The notes: generated by a model not told the origin, from the sequence alone. DNA of 64,000 bases from Smithellaceae bacterium (GCA_030690945.1 JAUYFM010000064.1:91072-155071), one strand, 5' to 3'; counted from the stretch's first letter, positions 7,896 to 18,296 are shown. Numbers and translations are program-made.

Positions 7896-10617
7896 CGAGC
7901 CACACCCTTTCTTTCTTTATGGGGAAGGTAATTGTCCAGGTCGTTCCACCGTCGACTTGCATATCAAGCTTGCCGCCTATCTGACCCACCAAGATATTCA
8001 CGAGCTCCATTCCCATGGATTTTCGATTCGCTGCATCGGTCACAGACCGAAAGCCAATTCCGTTGTCACAAACTGTAAGTGTCACATGATTGTTTTGTAA
8101 TTGCATAGTAATATTTATCTTGCCTTCCTTCCCCTCCGGAAAGGCATGTTTCAAGGCGTTGGAGATCAGTTCGTTCAGGATGAGCCCGCAGGGAACAGCC
8201 TGCTCTATGGGCAGCGTTGCATCAACTATATCCGCGTGTATTTCAATAGGCGCTCCTGAGATTTTGTAAGACTGTTGCAAACTACCTGTAAGATCCCTGA
8301 TAAAACCGCCTATATCAATCCTAGTCATATTGCCCGAATGATAGAGCAGGTTATGAATATCAGCCATAGTCTTGACCCGGTTCACGCTGTCCTGAAGCGC
8401 TTCTCTGGCTGTTTCATCCTGCAAATAGGAGGACTGCATATTGAGAAGACTCGAAATAACCTGCATGTTGTTCTTCGCCCGGTGGTAAATCTCGCTTAGC
8501 ATCGTTTCCTTCTCCAGAAGCGATGCCTGGATCATCTCTTCCGCCTGCCTGCGCTCGGTGATGTCAGAGCCAATGCTTAAGACCTCCAGCACCTGTCCAT
8601 TTCTATCCAGCACGGCCTTATTTGTCCAGGAAATCCATACCCGCTCACCATTGCGGCGCATGTTCTCGTTGATATTTTGCTCAAAATCTTTCGGGTTGGC
8701 GACTATTCCATCCACGAGCGGCCTCAAATCCCTGCCGGTGTTTTTCTTTTCCGGAACAATCGTCCCTACCAGATGACGCCCGATAATTTCCTTTTCGGTG
8801 TACCCGAAAAACTTCTGGCCGAACTCATTCATGAACGCAATTTCCCCGCTCGGGTTCCATCGGAGGATTATGCTGTTGGCGTTCTCAACGAGCTCTCGGT
8901 ATTTCCGTTCGCTCTCCTTCAGTGCCTCCGCTGATTTCTTCAGTTCCGTCAGTTTAATGCCCGTTCCAATAACATACGCCGTATCACCTTTGGTCATTTG
9001 TACCCCGGTGAGATAATAGGGGATCATGACATTGTCCTTTGTGATCAGCTCCGCTTCAACTTCTCCATATCCTTCTACAAACGCCTTTTCCATAGCGTTC
9101 CGCACCCTCGCTCGGTCTGCTTCGGCAATGAAGGTCATGATGTTGCTACCTTTAATTTCTTCCGGCGCATATCCAAAAAACGTCTCGATATTCCTGTTCC
9201 ATAATACCAAGCGTCCTTGCCGGTCATACATATAAAAAATGCCTGGCAGACTGTTGATGGCGGTTTCCGAAAAGTCTTTCTCTGCCAGGATAGCATCGAC
9301 GAAAACAATAAACGCCTTACCCATCGCCGCAATTTCATCGTGACCGCCGCCGATTAACTTGCGGATATCCTCTTCCAGGCGGCCCGGTTTTCCCCGTTCG
9401 GCCTCGGAGGCAGACAGGCGCATATATCTCGTCAACCCTTCGATGCGTCTGATAACCCGGACTCCCAGCAAATAGTAAAGGGCAAGAAAGGAAAGCGCAG
9501 CCGCCGCCAAGGAAAAACCGAGGAGAAACTTGTTTGCGTGGCGAACATCGCTGTTGGTCTTTTGCACTGCCAAGCGCACCATATTGTTTTGCGTTCCCAC
9601 AATTTTGGCGGCGTCCCTCTGTAAATGCCTGGACATCTCGACGATCTGATCATATTGAGTTTGCGCTTGCTTTTCCACCTCGATTTCCATCTTCCGGATG
9701 AGAAAAAGGGTCTGAGGATGATTTCCGGAAAATTGACCGGTCAGATCATTTATAAGGACAGCAAGGTTACGAACGACTGGGGTCTGCGTGAGGTGTGAAT
9801 GCATAGACAACCTCAGAGAGGCGGCCGCCGCTTGCCTTGCAAACTCGTTGAGGGCAGCCGGATTCATCTCAGCCCCGACAGCGTCAGCAATCGTTTTTAG
9901 TTCCCGTCCATCGTTGCGTAAATCCTGTGCTGTCCCGAGCCAACTCATCTCCCGTTCAAGAAAGGTGTCCAATTCCTGTTGCAGTCGGCCCTGTTTTGCG
10001 GCGTTGGGGATATTGACCGCCAGCGACCGGGAGACAAAAGCGCGCATCTGCCGATTTGTATCCTCGGCGGCCGATATAAAACTGGCGTAGACGCGATCAA
10101 TACGCTCCTGTCGTATTTTTAGCTCTTCTCTGGCGGCAATCCGGCGACCTGTAATCTGATCATACCGGGTGATAACTTGATCCAACTGGCCCAGTCCCTT
10201 TTCCAGATCCCCGACCCCGGTGTCACGTGTTCCCGCCAATGCCGCAAAATTCATGCCGCCCATCTGTTGCAGATCCCCCAGCAGGCGCTTCATCAGTTGT
10301 TTGATGCTGGCCATCTTCTGTTGCCTCTCCGCATGGCTGCCAATGAAGGGGATGCCTTGAAGTTCGTCAATCAGGGAGCGAAACTCATTTTCGATTTGCT
10401 GGGCCATAACCAGGCCGGCAAGATCCTGCGTAGCCAGATGGTTCATGGCGGTGCGCGTATTGTTCAGGGTGTACATGGAGTAGAGAACCAGGATCAGGGA
10501 TATCGACAACAATCCCATCATGATGCCAATCAGGCTGGCGCGGATGCCGAGGAAACGATGAAACGGACCTGTTGGGTCTCGCAGTTCTGAAGTTTTTGTC
10601 ATCTCCGCGATCATCAC
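7888..10617 (-). CDS. Membrane sensor histidine kinase (large helical periplasmic domain, HAMP-like, 2 PAS, HisKA_2/HATPase)
   Basis: EIYHRAKNN H-box, NELISNALKHAF, DNGIG; two TM segments about 320 aa apart. Confidence 0.9.
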   Translation of the reverse strand: MMIAEMTKTSELRDPTGPFHRFLGIRASLIGIMMGLLSISLILVLYSMYTLNNTRTAMNHLATQDLAGLVMAQQIENEFRSLIDELQGIPFIGSHAERQQKMASIKQLMKRLLGDLQQMGGMNFAALAGTRDTGVGDLEKGLGQLDQVITRYDQITGRRIAAREELKIRQERIDRVYASFISAAEDTNRQMRAFVSRSLAVNIPNAAKQGRLQQELDTFLEREMSWLGTAQDLRNDGRELKTIADAVGAEMNPAALNEFARQAAAASLRLSMHSHLTQTPVVRNLAVLINDLTGQFSGNHPQTLFLIRKMEIEVEKQAQTQYDQIVEMSRHLQRDAAKIVGTQNNMVRLAVQKTNSDVRHANKFLLGFSLAAAALSFLALYYLLGVRVIRRIEGLTRYMRLSASEAERGKPGRLEEDIRKLIGGGHDEIAAMGKAFIVFVDAILAEKDFSETAINSLPGIFYMYDRQGRLVLWNRNIETFFGYAPEEIKGSNIMTFIAEADRARVRNAMEKAFVEGYGEVEAELITKDNVMIPYYLTGVQMTKGDTAYVIGTGIKLTELKKSAEALKESERKYRELVENANSIILRWNPSGEIAFMNEFGQKFFGYTEKEIIGRHLVGTIVPEKKNTGRDLRPLVDGIVANPKDFEQNINENMRRNGERVWISWTNKAVLDRNGQVLEVLSIGSDITERRQAEEMIQASLLEKETMLSEIYHRAKNNMQVISSLLNMQSSYLQDETAREALQDSVNRVKTMADIHNLLYHSGNMTRIDIGGFIRDLTGSLQQSYKISGAPIEIHADIVDATLPIEQAVPCGLILNELISNALKHAFPEGKEGKINITMQLQNNHVTLTVCDNGIGFRSVTDAANRKSMGMELVNILVGQIGGKLDMQVDGGTTWTITFPIKKERVWLDG

Positions 10618-10629
10618 TCCGAGTATTCG

Positions 10630-11643
10630 TTAATGTAAATCTTGAATTCTATTATATAGTTCCTCGGTCCAGGGGAAATAACCGTTGCCCTGAAAGGGCC
10701 GAAGGAGCTCGATCATCGGTCTCCGGTCCACCGGATGGATGATCGCCCCCAACCTGGGCAGATCCTGTGCCAGTTGGAGTTCCTCTTTTCTAACGTCATC
10801 GGTTACCCGGTCTGACGCTTCCCGGAAGATTTTTACCAATATTTCCTGGTCGGCAGGGGGTATTGCATTCCAGCGCTTGCCGTCCATCACGACCAATTGG
10901 GCATCGGAGATATGGGCCGTGAGATTGACAAACTTGGTAACCTCGTAAAAGCGCATGGCCTTGATGGCCGGAAAAGGATTCTCCTGGGCATCGACGATGC
11001 CTTCTTTCAGGGCCTGATAGGTCTCCTTGAACGGCAACGGCACGGGCTTTGCCCCCAAGGCGCGGAAGGTGAGGACAATGATCGGAATGTTCGGGACACG
11101 GATGGCCATACCGTTCAGGTCCCCGGGGCCGGTCAGCGGCGACTTCGTCGTGATGTGACGCTCTCCGTAATAGGCCAGTCCCAAGACCTTCATCCCCGTT
11201 TTCTTCTCGAAACCCGCCACCAATTCCCGGTAAATAGAACTGTCCCGGAAGGTCTGCCAGTGTGCGAAATCCCGGAAGATAAACGGTCCGGAACCGATAG
11301 ACAGAGGGGGATACAATTCCTTCAAATGTCCGAAGCTCAGATAGGCCATCTGGACAGTACCGGCTTTAAAGCCTTCAATGACCTGGGCGTCGGTGGCGCC
11401 AAGCTGGCCTCGCGGCACTACCTGCAAGCGGTAATGTCCTTTAAGCTGCCGATTGATTTCGCCGGCCGCCCAGACCATGTTGCGGTGATGGGCCGTGGAA
11501 TCATCAAGGATATGGCCGAATATCAATGTTTCTTCCGCCTGTGCAGGCCGTGCTTCGCAGAAAAATAAACCTGTACACAGCAACACCCATAATACCGCTA
11601 AAAAATAAGATTGACGCGATATGCTCATTCCCATAAATCTCAT
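10630..11643 (-). CDS. dctP: TRAP-type solute-binding protein, DctP family (no dctQ/dctM adjacent)
   Basis: Signal peptide; YYGERH, IRVP, ALGAKPVPLPFKETYQALKEGIVDAQENP. Confidence 0.85.
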   Translation of the reverse strand: MRFMGMSISRQSYFLAVLWVLLCTGLFFCEARPAQAEETLIFGHILDDSTAHHRNMVWAAGEINRQLKGHYRLQVVPRGQLGATDAQVIEGFKAGTVQMAYLSFGHLKELYPPLSIGSGPFIFRDFAHWQTFRDSSIYRELVAGFEKKTGMKVLGLAYYGERHITTKSPLTGPGDLNGMAIRVPNIPIIVLTFRALGAKPVPLPFKETYQALKEGIVDAQENPFPAIKAMRFYEVTKFVNLTAHISDAQLVVMDGKRWNAIPPADQEILVKIFREASDRVTDDVRKEELQLAQDLPRLGAIIHPVDRRPMIELLRPFQGNGYFPWTEELYNRIQDLH

Positions 11644-11866
11644 CCTCCTTATATGACAACTATCGATAACGGGTTAAACTGTTGCATGGAGCAGGGGAAT
11701 CGGGAGATCAACAGTACAGGAAGTTCCGCAAATCACCGCCCCCGCCTTTTGAAAAAACAATACGCTCTATTCCCGGTCGAAATCAAGCATTTTCATTAAG
11801 ATTGCCGTTTTGTTGCTTTCAGGAAGCTAGATATATTTCACAAGCACGTAAGATCTGGATAAACCA

Positions 11867-13687
11867 TTATTTTGACACCCTCTTAGCTTCTTCGTGGATA
11901 TAGCGTCGGATCTCTGCGAGAAATATTTTCCCATACTGCTTCATTTTGTGCTCACCGACACCGCTCACACCCAGCATTTCGATTTCATCCCGGGGACACA
12001 TATCCGTCATTTCCAGAAGCGTCCTGTCGGAGAACACAACATAAGCCGGCACATTGTTCTCGTCCGCCAGCGTTCTTCGGAGCGCGCGCAGTTTCTCGAA
12101 AAGCCCGTCGGCCACTACCTGTTTCTTCGGAAGGGCGGCGACGGTTTCTAGCTTCTTTTCCAATGCCATAGGCTCAGTCAAGAGCACTTCCATTTCCGCT
12201 TTCAGAATTTTACGGCTCAGGTCGTTCAATTTCAGCGCGTAGCCTTCGTCGTAGGCGATATCGACAAAACCGGAATTCAGCAGTTGAAAAATATACTCTG
12301 CCCATTCACTGTATTTTATATCACGGCCGACGCCGAATGTTTTAATCTGATCATACCCGTTTTCCCGGATGAACATATTGTGCGAGCCGCGTAGAATTTG
12401 GATCAGGGTGGTCATGTTGATTTTTTCGCCCGTGCGGGCGATAGCCGACAGCGCCTTCTGGGCGATGATCGTGCCGTTGAATTTTTTCGGCGGATTTTTG
12501 CAGACGTCACAATTGCCGCAGTCGCCCGACGGTTGCTCGTTGAAATAACTGAGCAGTATACGGCGGCGGCAGATGTCCGCTTCCGCGTAGCGCTTCATGC
12601 GGTCGAGCTTGGCCGAAAGCAGTTCCTGCCGATCCTGCGGCAAGTCTTTGAGCATTTCGTGATGGGTTTTAACATCGGCGTAACTGTAAAACAGCACCGT
12701 ATCGGCAGGCGCGCCGTCGCGCCCGGCTCGTCCGATTTCCTGATAATAGCTTTCAATATTTTTGGGCAGGCTGTAATGAATGATCCAGCGGATATTTGAT
12801 TTATCAATGCCCAGGCCAAAGGCGATGGTGGCGCAGATGATTTGAATTTTGTCACGGATAAACGCGTCCTGAACTTTACTCCGCTCGTCATTAGCCATAC
12901 CGGCATGGTAATACGCCGCCCGATAACCGCGATCCTGAAGTCTGGATGCCACATTTTCCGTTGTCTTGCGGCTCAAGCAGTAAATGATTCCCGGCTGATT
13001 TTTTCTTTTGGATAAAAAGCGCAGAATCTGCTCGAGGCGCTTCTGTCCCGAATACACCGTAAGACTCAAATTCGGCCGGTCGAAGGAGGCGATAAATTGA
13101 TGCTCCTCAGGGATATCCAGCTGCCGGAGAATGTCTTTGCGGATCACTCGGTCGGCCGTGGCGGTAAGCGCAATCAGAGGTACGGTCGGAAATTTTTCTC
13201 GCAGGACATGAAGTTTCAGATAATCCGGCCGAAAATCATGCCCCCACGATGAAATGCAATGCGCTTCATCCACGGCAAAAAGAGAAATTCGCAACTTTTG
13301 TAAAAAGCCAATTGTGGAGGCAGCGCCCAGCCGCTCCGGAGAAATATAAAGCAGTTTGATGTCGCCTTTCAGGCACTGGCGGATAACGGCCGCGCTTTCT
13401 TCTTCAGCAAGCGCGCTGTTGAGAAACGCCGCGGGAATGCCGTTGGCTGTAAGTCCGTCCACCTGGTCTTTCATCAAAGCAATGAGCGGCGAGATGACAA
13501 TGGCCGTGCCGTCCATAATCAACGCGGGAATCTGAAAGCAGACGGATTTTCCCCCGCCCGTCGGCATCAAAACCAGCGCGTGTTTCCCCGCGAGAGCGTG
13601 ATCGATGATTTCCGCCTGCAGCGGATAAAATGTCTCGTAACCGAAATATTTTTTCAAGGCGTCTTGCTTGGTCATCTTACGGGTCAA
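11867..13687 (-). CDS. recQ: ATP-dependent DNA helicase RecQ (start may be ATG 13675)
   Basis: MPTGGGKS, VDEAHCISSWGHDFRP, QEIGRAGRDG, Zn-binding Cys, RQC and HRDC regions. Confidence 0.97.
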   Translation of the reverse strand: MTRKMTKQDALKKYFGYETFYPLQAEIIDHALAGKHALVLMPTGGGKSVCFQIPALIMDGTAIVISPLIALMKDQVDGLTANGIPAAFLNSALAEEESAAVIRQCLKGDIKLLYISPERLGAASTIGFLQKLRISLFAVDEAHCISSWGHDFRPDYLKLHVLREKFPTVPLIALTATADRVIRKDILRQLDIPEEHQFIASFDRPNLSLTVYSGQKRLEQILRFLSKRKNQPGIIYCLSRKTTENVASRLQDRGYRAAYYHAGMANDERSKVQDAFIRDKIQIICATIAFGLGIDKSNIRWIIHYSLPKNIESYYQEIGRAGRDGAPADTVLFYSYADVKTHHEMLKDLPQDRQELLSAKLDRMKRYAEADICRRRILLSYFNEQPSGDCGNCDVCKNPPKKFNGTIIAQKALSAIARTGEKINMTTLIQILRGSHNMFIRENGYDQIKTFGVGRDIKYSEWAEYIFQLLNSGFVDIAYDEGYALKLNDLSRKILKAEMEVLLTEPMALEKKLETVAALPKKQVVADGLFEKLRALRRTLADENNVPAYVVFSDRTLLEMTDMCPRDEIEMLGVSGVGEHKMKQYGKIFLAEIRRYIHEEAKRVSK

Positions 13688-13698
13688 GTCCTCTTTAG

Positions 13699-13807
13699 TT
13701 AATCAACCACCTCTCGAGCTCACTGTCGAGGCATGAAATGAACGTCATGATATCGCGAGCAAGCTCGCGGAGAATTAACGCTCGTCCCGCTTAAGCGGGA
13801 TTGAAAT
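13699..13807 (+). repeat. Palindrome-rich non-autonomous element, family P, copy B (longest)
   Basis: TCAACCACC start, two hairpins, terminal CCCGC-TTAA-GCGGGATTGAAAT; homologous to 848-916 and 20845-20912. Confidence 0.75.
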
Positions 13808-13818
13808 ATAAAAAGCGC

Positions 13819-16077
13819 TTAAAAGCGCTTGCCCAGGTAAAGATAAATTGACGAATGGCTGCGCTGGGCCTGGCCGTAGGCAAGGTAAATTGGTCCCAGA
13901 AATGATTTGGTTCCGATAAAAATACTTCCTGCCAGGATCAAAGATTCAAAATTGATATCCGAGCGTTTATCCCAGACATTCCCAGCTTCCGCGGACAGGC
14001 CGATGTAAAGAGGCATCTTGAGCGCACCCAGCCCGGCGGAGCCGATCTCCCTGTAGGCCACCAGACGGGCCAGGCCGGTATGACGGCCATAAATTTCATT
14101 GGCGGAAAAACCAGACAGATTCAGGAATCCACCCAGCGGGAAGGTGTCCTGAACGGCCATGTCGTCATTATCCAGAGTGGTTTTAATGTCGATAGAGGGA
14201 AGAAACGTATATTTTCCCCAGGTGAACGCGGTCATCCATTTGACGCCTACCGCCTGCACCTCAATATCCGAGCCCAGCATTTTCAAGTTATAATCCCAGG
14301 TCACATAGGCATCCGTACCGTATAAAGGGAAAACATAGTTATCCAGTGTGCTGTAAGCAGCCGAAACAAAGACACTGCCTCTGTTATAGGTATCCGCCGG
14401 TCCGGTATGGTCGCCGACCAGAACCTTTATATCGCCGTATTCCCGGCGAATGCCCAGGCGCAATTCGCCCCAGTTGCCGAATTGTCTGCCAACGTCCAGA
14501 CCGATGTGACCGGATTGAGCCCGATACCGCGTGGTAATATCGCCATCTTCGTTGTAGTTATTAAAGTTTCTCACACGGTATCCGGTATTAGCCGCAACAA
14601 AATAACTGAGCGAATAATCGACCGGTTGATAAAACTCGGTATAAATGTGCGGGCTTTCGCCTATCTGTACTTCGGTGCGCCATTCGCCCGCCAGACGGTT
14701 TATGGCCGTTTTCGTAAACTGCGCGGTCAATGCATAACTGCTGGAACCTTTGAAGTTGTCTTCCAAACCCAAACCGAAACGAAAGTAATTCGGGCCCCAT
14801 GATTTTTCGAGAGGCTCGATAACCATTCCTGATGATTTATCTTTTTTCTTCAGGTAAAAATCCACGCGCTCAAACGTGTCAATGCCGTAAACCCGATCAA
14901 TATTTCTTTTCAATTCGGCCAGGTGAAGTTTCGCGCCCGGCTTCATGTCGATATGCGCCGCAATGAGGCCTGTGGGCAGCGACGTTTTATTGACCACCTC
15001 CACGGTGTCAATAGTCGGCATCTCCTGATCTTTTTTTCTCTGGATCTGCAAATAAGCCAGAAAGTCTTTATCGGGAGCGGCCAGACGGGCAAGCTGCGGC
15101 TTCATCTCCTCTGCTTTTTTCCGGCCGGTTGCGACCGCCTCGGAGGCGCGAAAAAAATCGCCGCTGCTAATGTTGCCCATATCCGGTCGAATCAGAATAT
15201 CCGTCTCGTGCATCGTGCGGATTTGCAGGGTAGTATTGCGCTGAACCAAAATGGTCGTGAGCTGGGAAGTGACTTCGACTGAGGATGTCAGTTCTTCGCG
15301 CCTGCTCAGATTTGTACTGATATCGACAACAATAACAACATCCGCGCCCATTTGCCGGGCAATATCTATGGGTAAATTATTGGCGATACCACCGTCCACC
15401 AGAATCCTGCCGTCAATTTCCACGGGGGCAAATAAAGCAGGAATAGACATGCTGGCACGGATCGCTTTAGCCAATTCCCCCTTTTCCAGTATGACGGCAT
15501 CACCGGTTTCGAGGTCCGTGGCGACGGCCCGGAAGGGAATGTTCAGCTTGTTGAAATCGTCAATACCCTCCGTATGGAAAAGCAGGGATTTCAATATCAG
15601 GTTCAGATTCTGTCCCTGAAGAAGGCCTTTGGGTATGGCAAACTTGCCGTCTTTAAAGCCAAGGTCAAAATTAATCAGATAATCGGCCGCTTCTCTCTTG
15701 CGGCGAAAGGACAATTCGCTGGGCGGGGGCTTATCCTTAAAAGCCTCATTCCATTCTATGCTGGTAACAAATTTTTCCATTTCGGCGGGCGGCATCCCTG
15801 CCGCATAAAGAGCGCCGACTATCGCTCCCATGCTGGTGCCGGCAATGCAGGAAATGGGAATTTTCATTTCTTCCAGAACCTGAATCACGCCAACATGAGC
15901 CATTCCCCGCGCCCCGCCGCCGCTTAATACCAGACCAATGCGCGGTCGGCCATCAGGAGCGGTCAGTCCGGCCTGGGCGTCAGCCGCCGCAAACAAGAAA
16001 AAACCTATAGCTATACAAAAAAACAGGGGTTTAATTTTCAGTATTCCACCACCGGACTTGAAAACGCCTGAGTTCAT
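13819..16077 (-). CDS. Patatin-like phospholipase with POTRA/beta-barrel C-terminus (PlpD-like)
   Basis: LSGGGARG, GTSMG and DGG motifs; signal peptide; beta-strand-rich C-terminus ending YLYLGKRF. Confidence 0.88.
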   Translation of the reverse strand: MNSGVFKSGGGILKIKPLFFCIAIGFFLFAAADAQAGLTAPDGRPRIGLVLSGGGARGMAHVGVIQVLEEMKIPISCIAGTSMGAIVGALYAAGMPPAEMEKFVTSIEWNEAFKDKPPPSELSFRRKREAADYLINFDLGFKDGKFAIPKGLLQGQNLNLILKSLLFHTEGIDDFNKLNIPFRAVATDLETGDAVILEKGELAKAIRASMSIPALFAPVEIDGRILVDGGIANNLPIDIARQMGADVVIVVDISTNLSRREELTSSVEVTSQLTTILVQRNTTLQIRTMHETDILIRPDMGNISSGDFFRASEAVATGRKKAEEMKPQLARLAAPDKDFLAYLQIQRKKDQEMPTIDTVEVVNKTSLPTGLIAAHIDMKPGAKLHLAELKRNIDRVYGIDTFERVDFYLKKKDKSSGMVIEPLEKSWGPNYFRFGLGLEDNFKGSSSYALTAQFTKTAINRLAGEWRTEVQIGESPHIYTEFYQPVDYSLSYFVAANTGYRVRNFNNYNEDGDITTRYRAQSGHIGLDVGRQFGNWGELRLGIRREYGDIKVLVGDHTGPADTYNRGSVFVSAAYSTLDNYVFPLYGTDAYVTWDYNLKMLGSDIEVQAVGVKWMTAFTWGKYTFLPSIDIKTTLDNDDMAVQDTFPLGGFLNLSGFSANEIYGRHTGLARLVAYREIGSAGLGALKMPLYIGLSAEAGNVWDKRSDINFESLILAGSIFIGTKSFLGPIYLAYGQAQRSHSSIYLYLGKRF

Positions 16078-16112
16078 GAAAGGTTCCGCTACTTCCTACC
16101 GTTGATTCGTTA

Positions 16113-17504
16113 TTATTTCCGGCCCTCGCGATTCATACCGTCGCGCTGCGGCCGATCTCCGCGATCGATAGAGCGCTGCGGCACATCTTGTCTTTCTTCA
16201 CGCGGCGTAAAACGCTGATCGCTTTTCATGTCGCGCTCCCGAACCTGAACCGGTTTATCTTGTTCCATCAAACGTCGATCCGGCTGTTTAACCCTGTCAC
16301 TATCCGTAATACGCGGAACACCACTACCCGGATGCTTACCCGTATCGGTTTCCGGTTGGCCCAGCCGTGGCTGCTTCTCCCGGTTAATAATAACGGGTGT
16401 GCCCCCGTCAGACTTTCTGTCCTTGTCGTCCAGGCGCGGAATCGGCCGCTTTTCCCTGTCCGTAACACTGGGCACTCTTCCATCAGGCCTTCTGTCCTTG
16501 TCATCCAGACGCGGGATCGGCCGTTTTTCCCTGTCCGTAACACTGGGCACGCGCGGTTTGTCAGGTGGCCTACGTCTGCCCGGTTCGGGAACATCGCCGC
16601 CGGGTCTGCGATCCCAACGCTTCCCGTCCGGTAATGGTTTGCCCGGTGGATGGAAACGCGGAATTTCACCGCCGCGTCTTTCACGTACATATCGTCTGTC
16701 ACGATCAGGCCGCCAACGGTGATCCGGACCTCGGTAGTCATGATAACGCCTGTTGAATCTTCTGGTTCTGTCAATATCCACGATAATGACATTGCGCTCG
16801 CGCCAGTTGAAGCTGCTCCAGCCGAACACCCCGAAGCCGACGTAGAACCGGGGAGAAAAAATAATACCGGGTCCCGCCACAACCAGTCCGGGCAGGATGA
16901 TCGGGAAAGGTGGAAACAGGGGAAGCCACCAATGTCCGTAAATGATGTGCGGATTATAGGCGGGCACATAAATATAATCGGTACTGACCGGCTCAATGCG
17001 GATAATGCGTTCCTCAACGATCACCTTCTGCTCTTCAGTGGTCGTCAGATTTCCCGCCGCATGCGCTCTTTTGCGCAACTCCTGAACGGTATCCATGACA
17101 TCTTCTTCCTGATTGGTAAAAGCGTCTCCCAGCCGGGCTGTCCAGTTGAGATTCTCACTCATCATGGTCAGAACTTTCGGATAGTGGCAAAGCGCGAGAA
17201 CGCTGACATCCCAATCTTTTGCCTGCAATGCTTCGTCCAGAGCGTCGCCCTTCACATAAGAATTTTTCGTCAACCATCGTTCAGCTTCTACCACCTCAAA
17301 TGGATAGGTGGCGGCCATCAGAATCTGTGACAGCAGCGCATCGGGATAAAGGGCGATCGGGGCAAGCATCTGGGCCAGCTCCTCATTGCTGAATGTCTGA
17401 TTGGAAGAAGTCCGGGCACCATCCTGCGCTCCCGCCACACACGGAATGAGCACCGCTATCAGCACAATCATGCAGATTATATTTTGAAGACGTTTGATCA
17501 TCAT
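16113..17504 (-). CDS. DUF3300 domain protein with a low-complexity R/D/P-rich tail
   Basis: LAPIALYPDALLSQILMAATYP, WDVSV, LGDAF..Q..DVMD.VQ.LR motifs. Confidence 0.85.
   Translation of the reverse strand: MMIKRLQNIICMIVLIAVLIPCVAGAQDGARTSSNQTFSNEELAQMLAPIALYPDALLSQILMAATYPFEVVEAERWLTKNSYVKGDALDEALQAKDWDVSVLALCHYPKVLTMMSENLNWTARLGDAFTNQEEDVMDTVQELRKRAHAAGNLTTTEEQKVIVEERIIRIEPVSTDYIYVPAYNPHIIYGHWWLPLFPPFPIILPGLVVAGPGIIFSPRFYVGFGVFGWSSFNWRERNVIIVDIDRTRRFNRRYHDYRGPDHRWRPDRDRRYVRERRGGEIPRFHPPGKPLPDGKRWDRRPGGDVPEPGRRRPPDKPRVPSVTDREKRPIPRLDDKDRRPDGRVPSVTDREKRPIPRLDDKDRKSDGGTPVIINREKQPRLGQPETDTGKHPGSGVPRITDSDRVKQPDRRLMEQDKPVQVRERDMKSDQRFTPREERQDVPQRSIDRGDRPQRDGMNREGRK
16403..16552 (-). repeat. Intragenic 75-bp tandem repeat (2 copies, plus degenerate ones)
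   Basis: RVPSVTDREKRPIPRLDDKDR(R/K)xDG occurs twice in tandem. Confidence 0.85.
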
Positions 17505-17605
17505 GGTTCAACCTCCTTCAAATTGGCGAGACGCGAAACAGATATCCCGCATTGTCGGGTAAATCTTTACCGTGTGAATCAGTATAGTGATTAGAAACCG
17601 GAAAA

Positions 17606-18169
17606 TCAATGGTTAAGTAGAGAAATTCTCCCGCGTGCGTCCAAGATAACCCCTTCTTTTTCAAGGAGTTGTTTCTTCATTTCACTGCCGCCGCCGAACT
17701 GTCCAGGATTTCCATCGGCCCGAACCACACGATGACAGGGAATAATGATGGGGAATGGATTATTCGCCAGCGCCGTACCCACCGCTCTGGCCGCGCGAGG
17801 ATTTCCGACCTTTGCCGCCAGACCCGAATAAGTAGCAACTTTGCCGCGAGGTATTTTATAAGCCTGTTTTAATACTTTTGCTGAAAATTCCGTAAGCCTT
17901 GCTAAATTCAAGATGGATAAATCAAACTTCTGCTTTTTACCGTTAAAGAAATCAACGATCAGGTGATCAATGCCATTGGGAATTGTGCGCGAAACCTTAT
18001 TGATTGCGGGAAAATTCCTGACAATTCTGACCATCATCTTTTCTTTGCCGCCGGGCAGATAAATATATTCCACTTGCGGTTTCCCTCCGGCTAAGTCCCA
18101 CACCAACCCGATTTCGTCCTTCCCGACTTTGATTATTTGGTAAAACATTTCAAGCCTCGTATCTCGCAT
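17606..18169 (-). CDS. ogt: Methylated-DNA-protein-cysteine methyltransferase (start probably 18148)
   Basis: IPRGKVATYS, ARAVG, PCHRV active site. Confidence 0.9.
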   Translation of the reverse strand: MRDTRLEMFYQIIKVGKDEIGLVWDLAGGKPQVEYIYLPGGKEKMMVRIVRNFPAINKVSRTIPNGIDHLIVDFFNGKKQKFDLSILNLARLTEFSAKVLKQAYKIPRGKVATYSGLAAKVGNPRAARAVGTALANNPFPIIIPCHRVVRADGNPGQFGGGSEMKKQLLEKEGVILDARGRISLLNH

Positions 18170-18186
18170 CTCGTCGTTCGTATCTC

Positions 18187-18261
18187 GTTTGTAGGGAACG
18201 GCCTTGCCACCCGCAGGGTGGTCGCGATAACCTAAAGGTCACCAGACCGTTCCCTACAAAC
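18187..18261. repeat. GTAG-type REP doublet (REPIN-like)
   Basis: Perfect 15-bp inverted arms GTTTGTAGGGAACGG / CCGTTCCCTACAAAC with an internal hairpin. Confidence 0.7.
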
Positions 18262-18296
18262 ACCATCACCTCGTGCCCCCTCGCGTGACCTTTAGG

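Noticed and set aside
11985-12002. GGGGACAC match to the GTGTCCCC site inside recQ
   Set aside because: Short match within conserved coding sequence, without the flanking AATT elements; probably chance
13780-13807. Possible CRISPR repeat (hairpin+GGATTGAAAT), also at 20845-20870
   Set aside because: Isolated copies 7 kb apart, no repeat-spacer periodicity and no cas genes; they are part of a larger dispersed element
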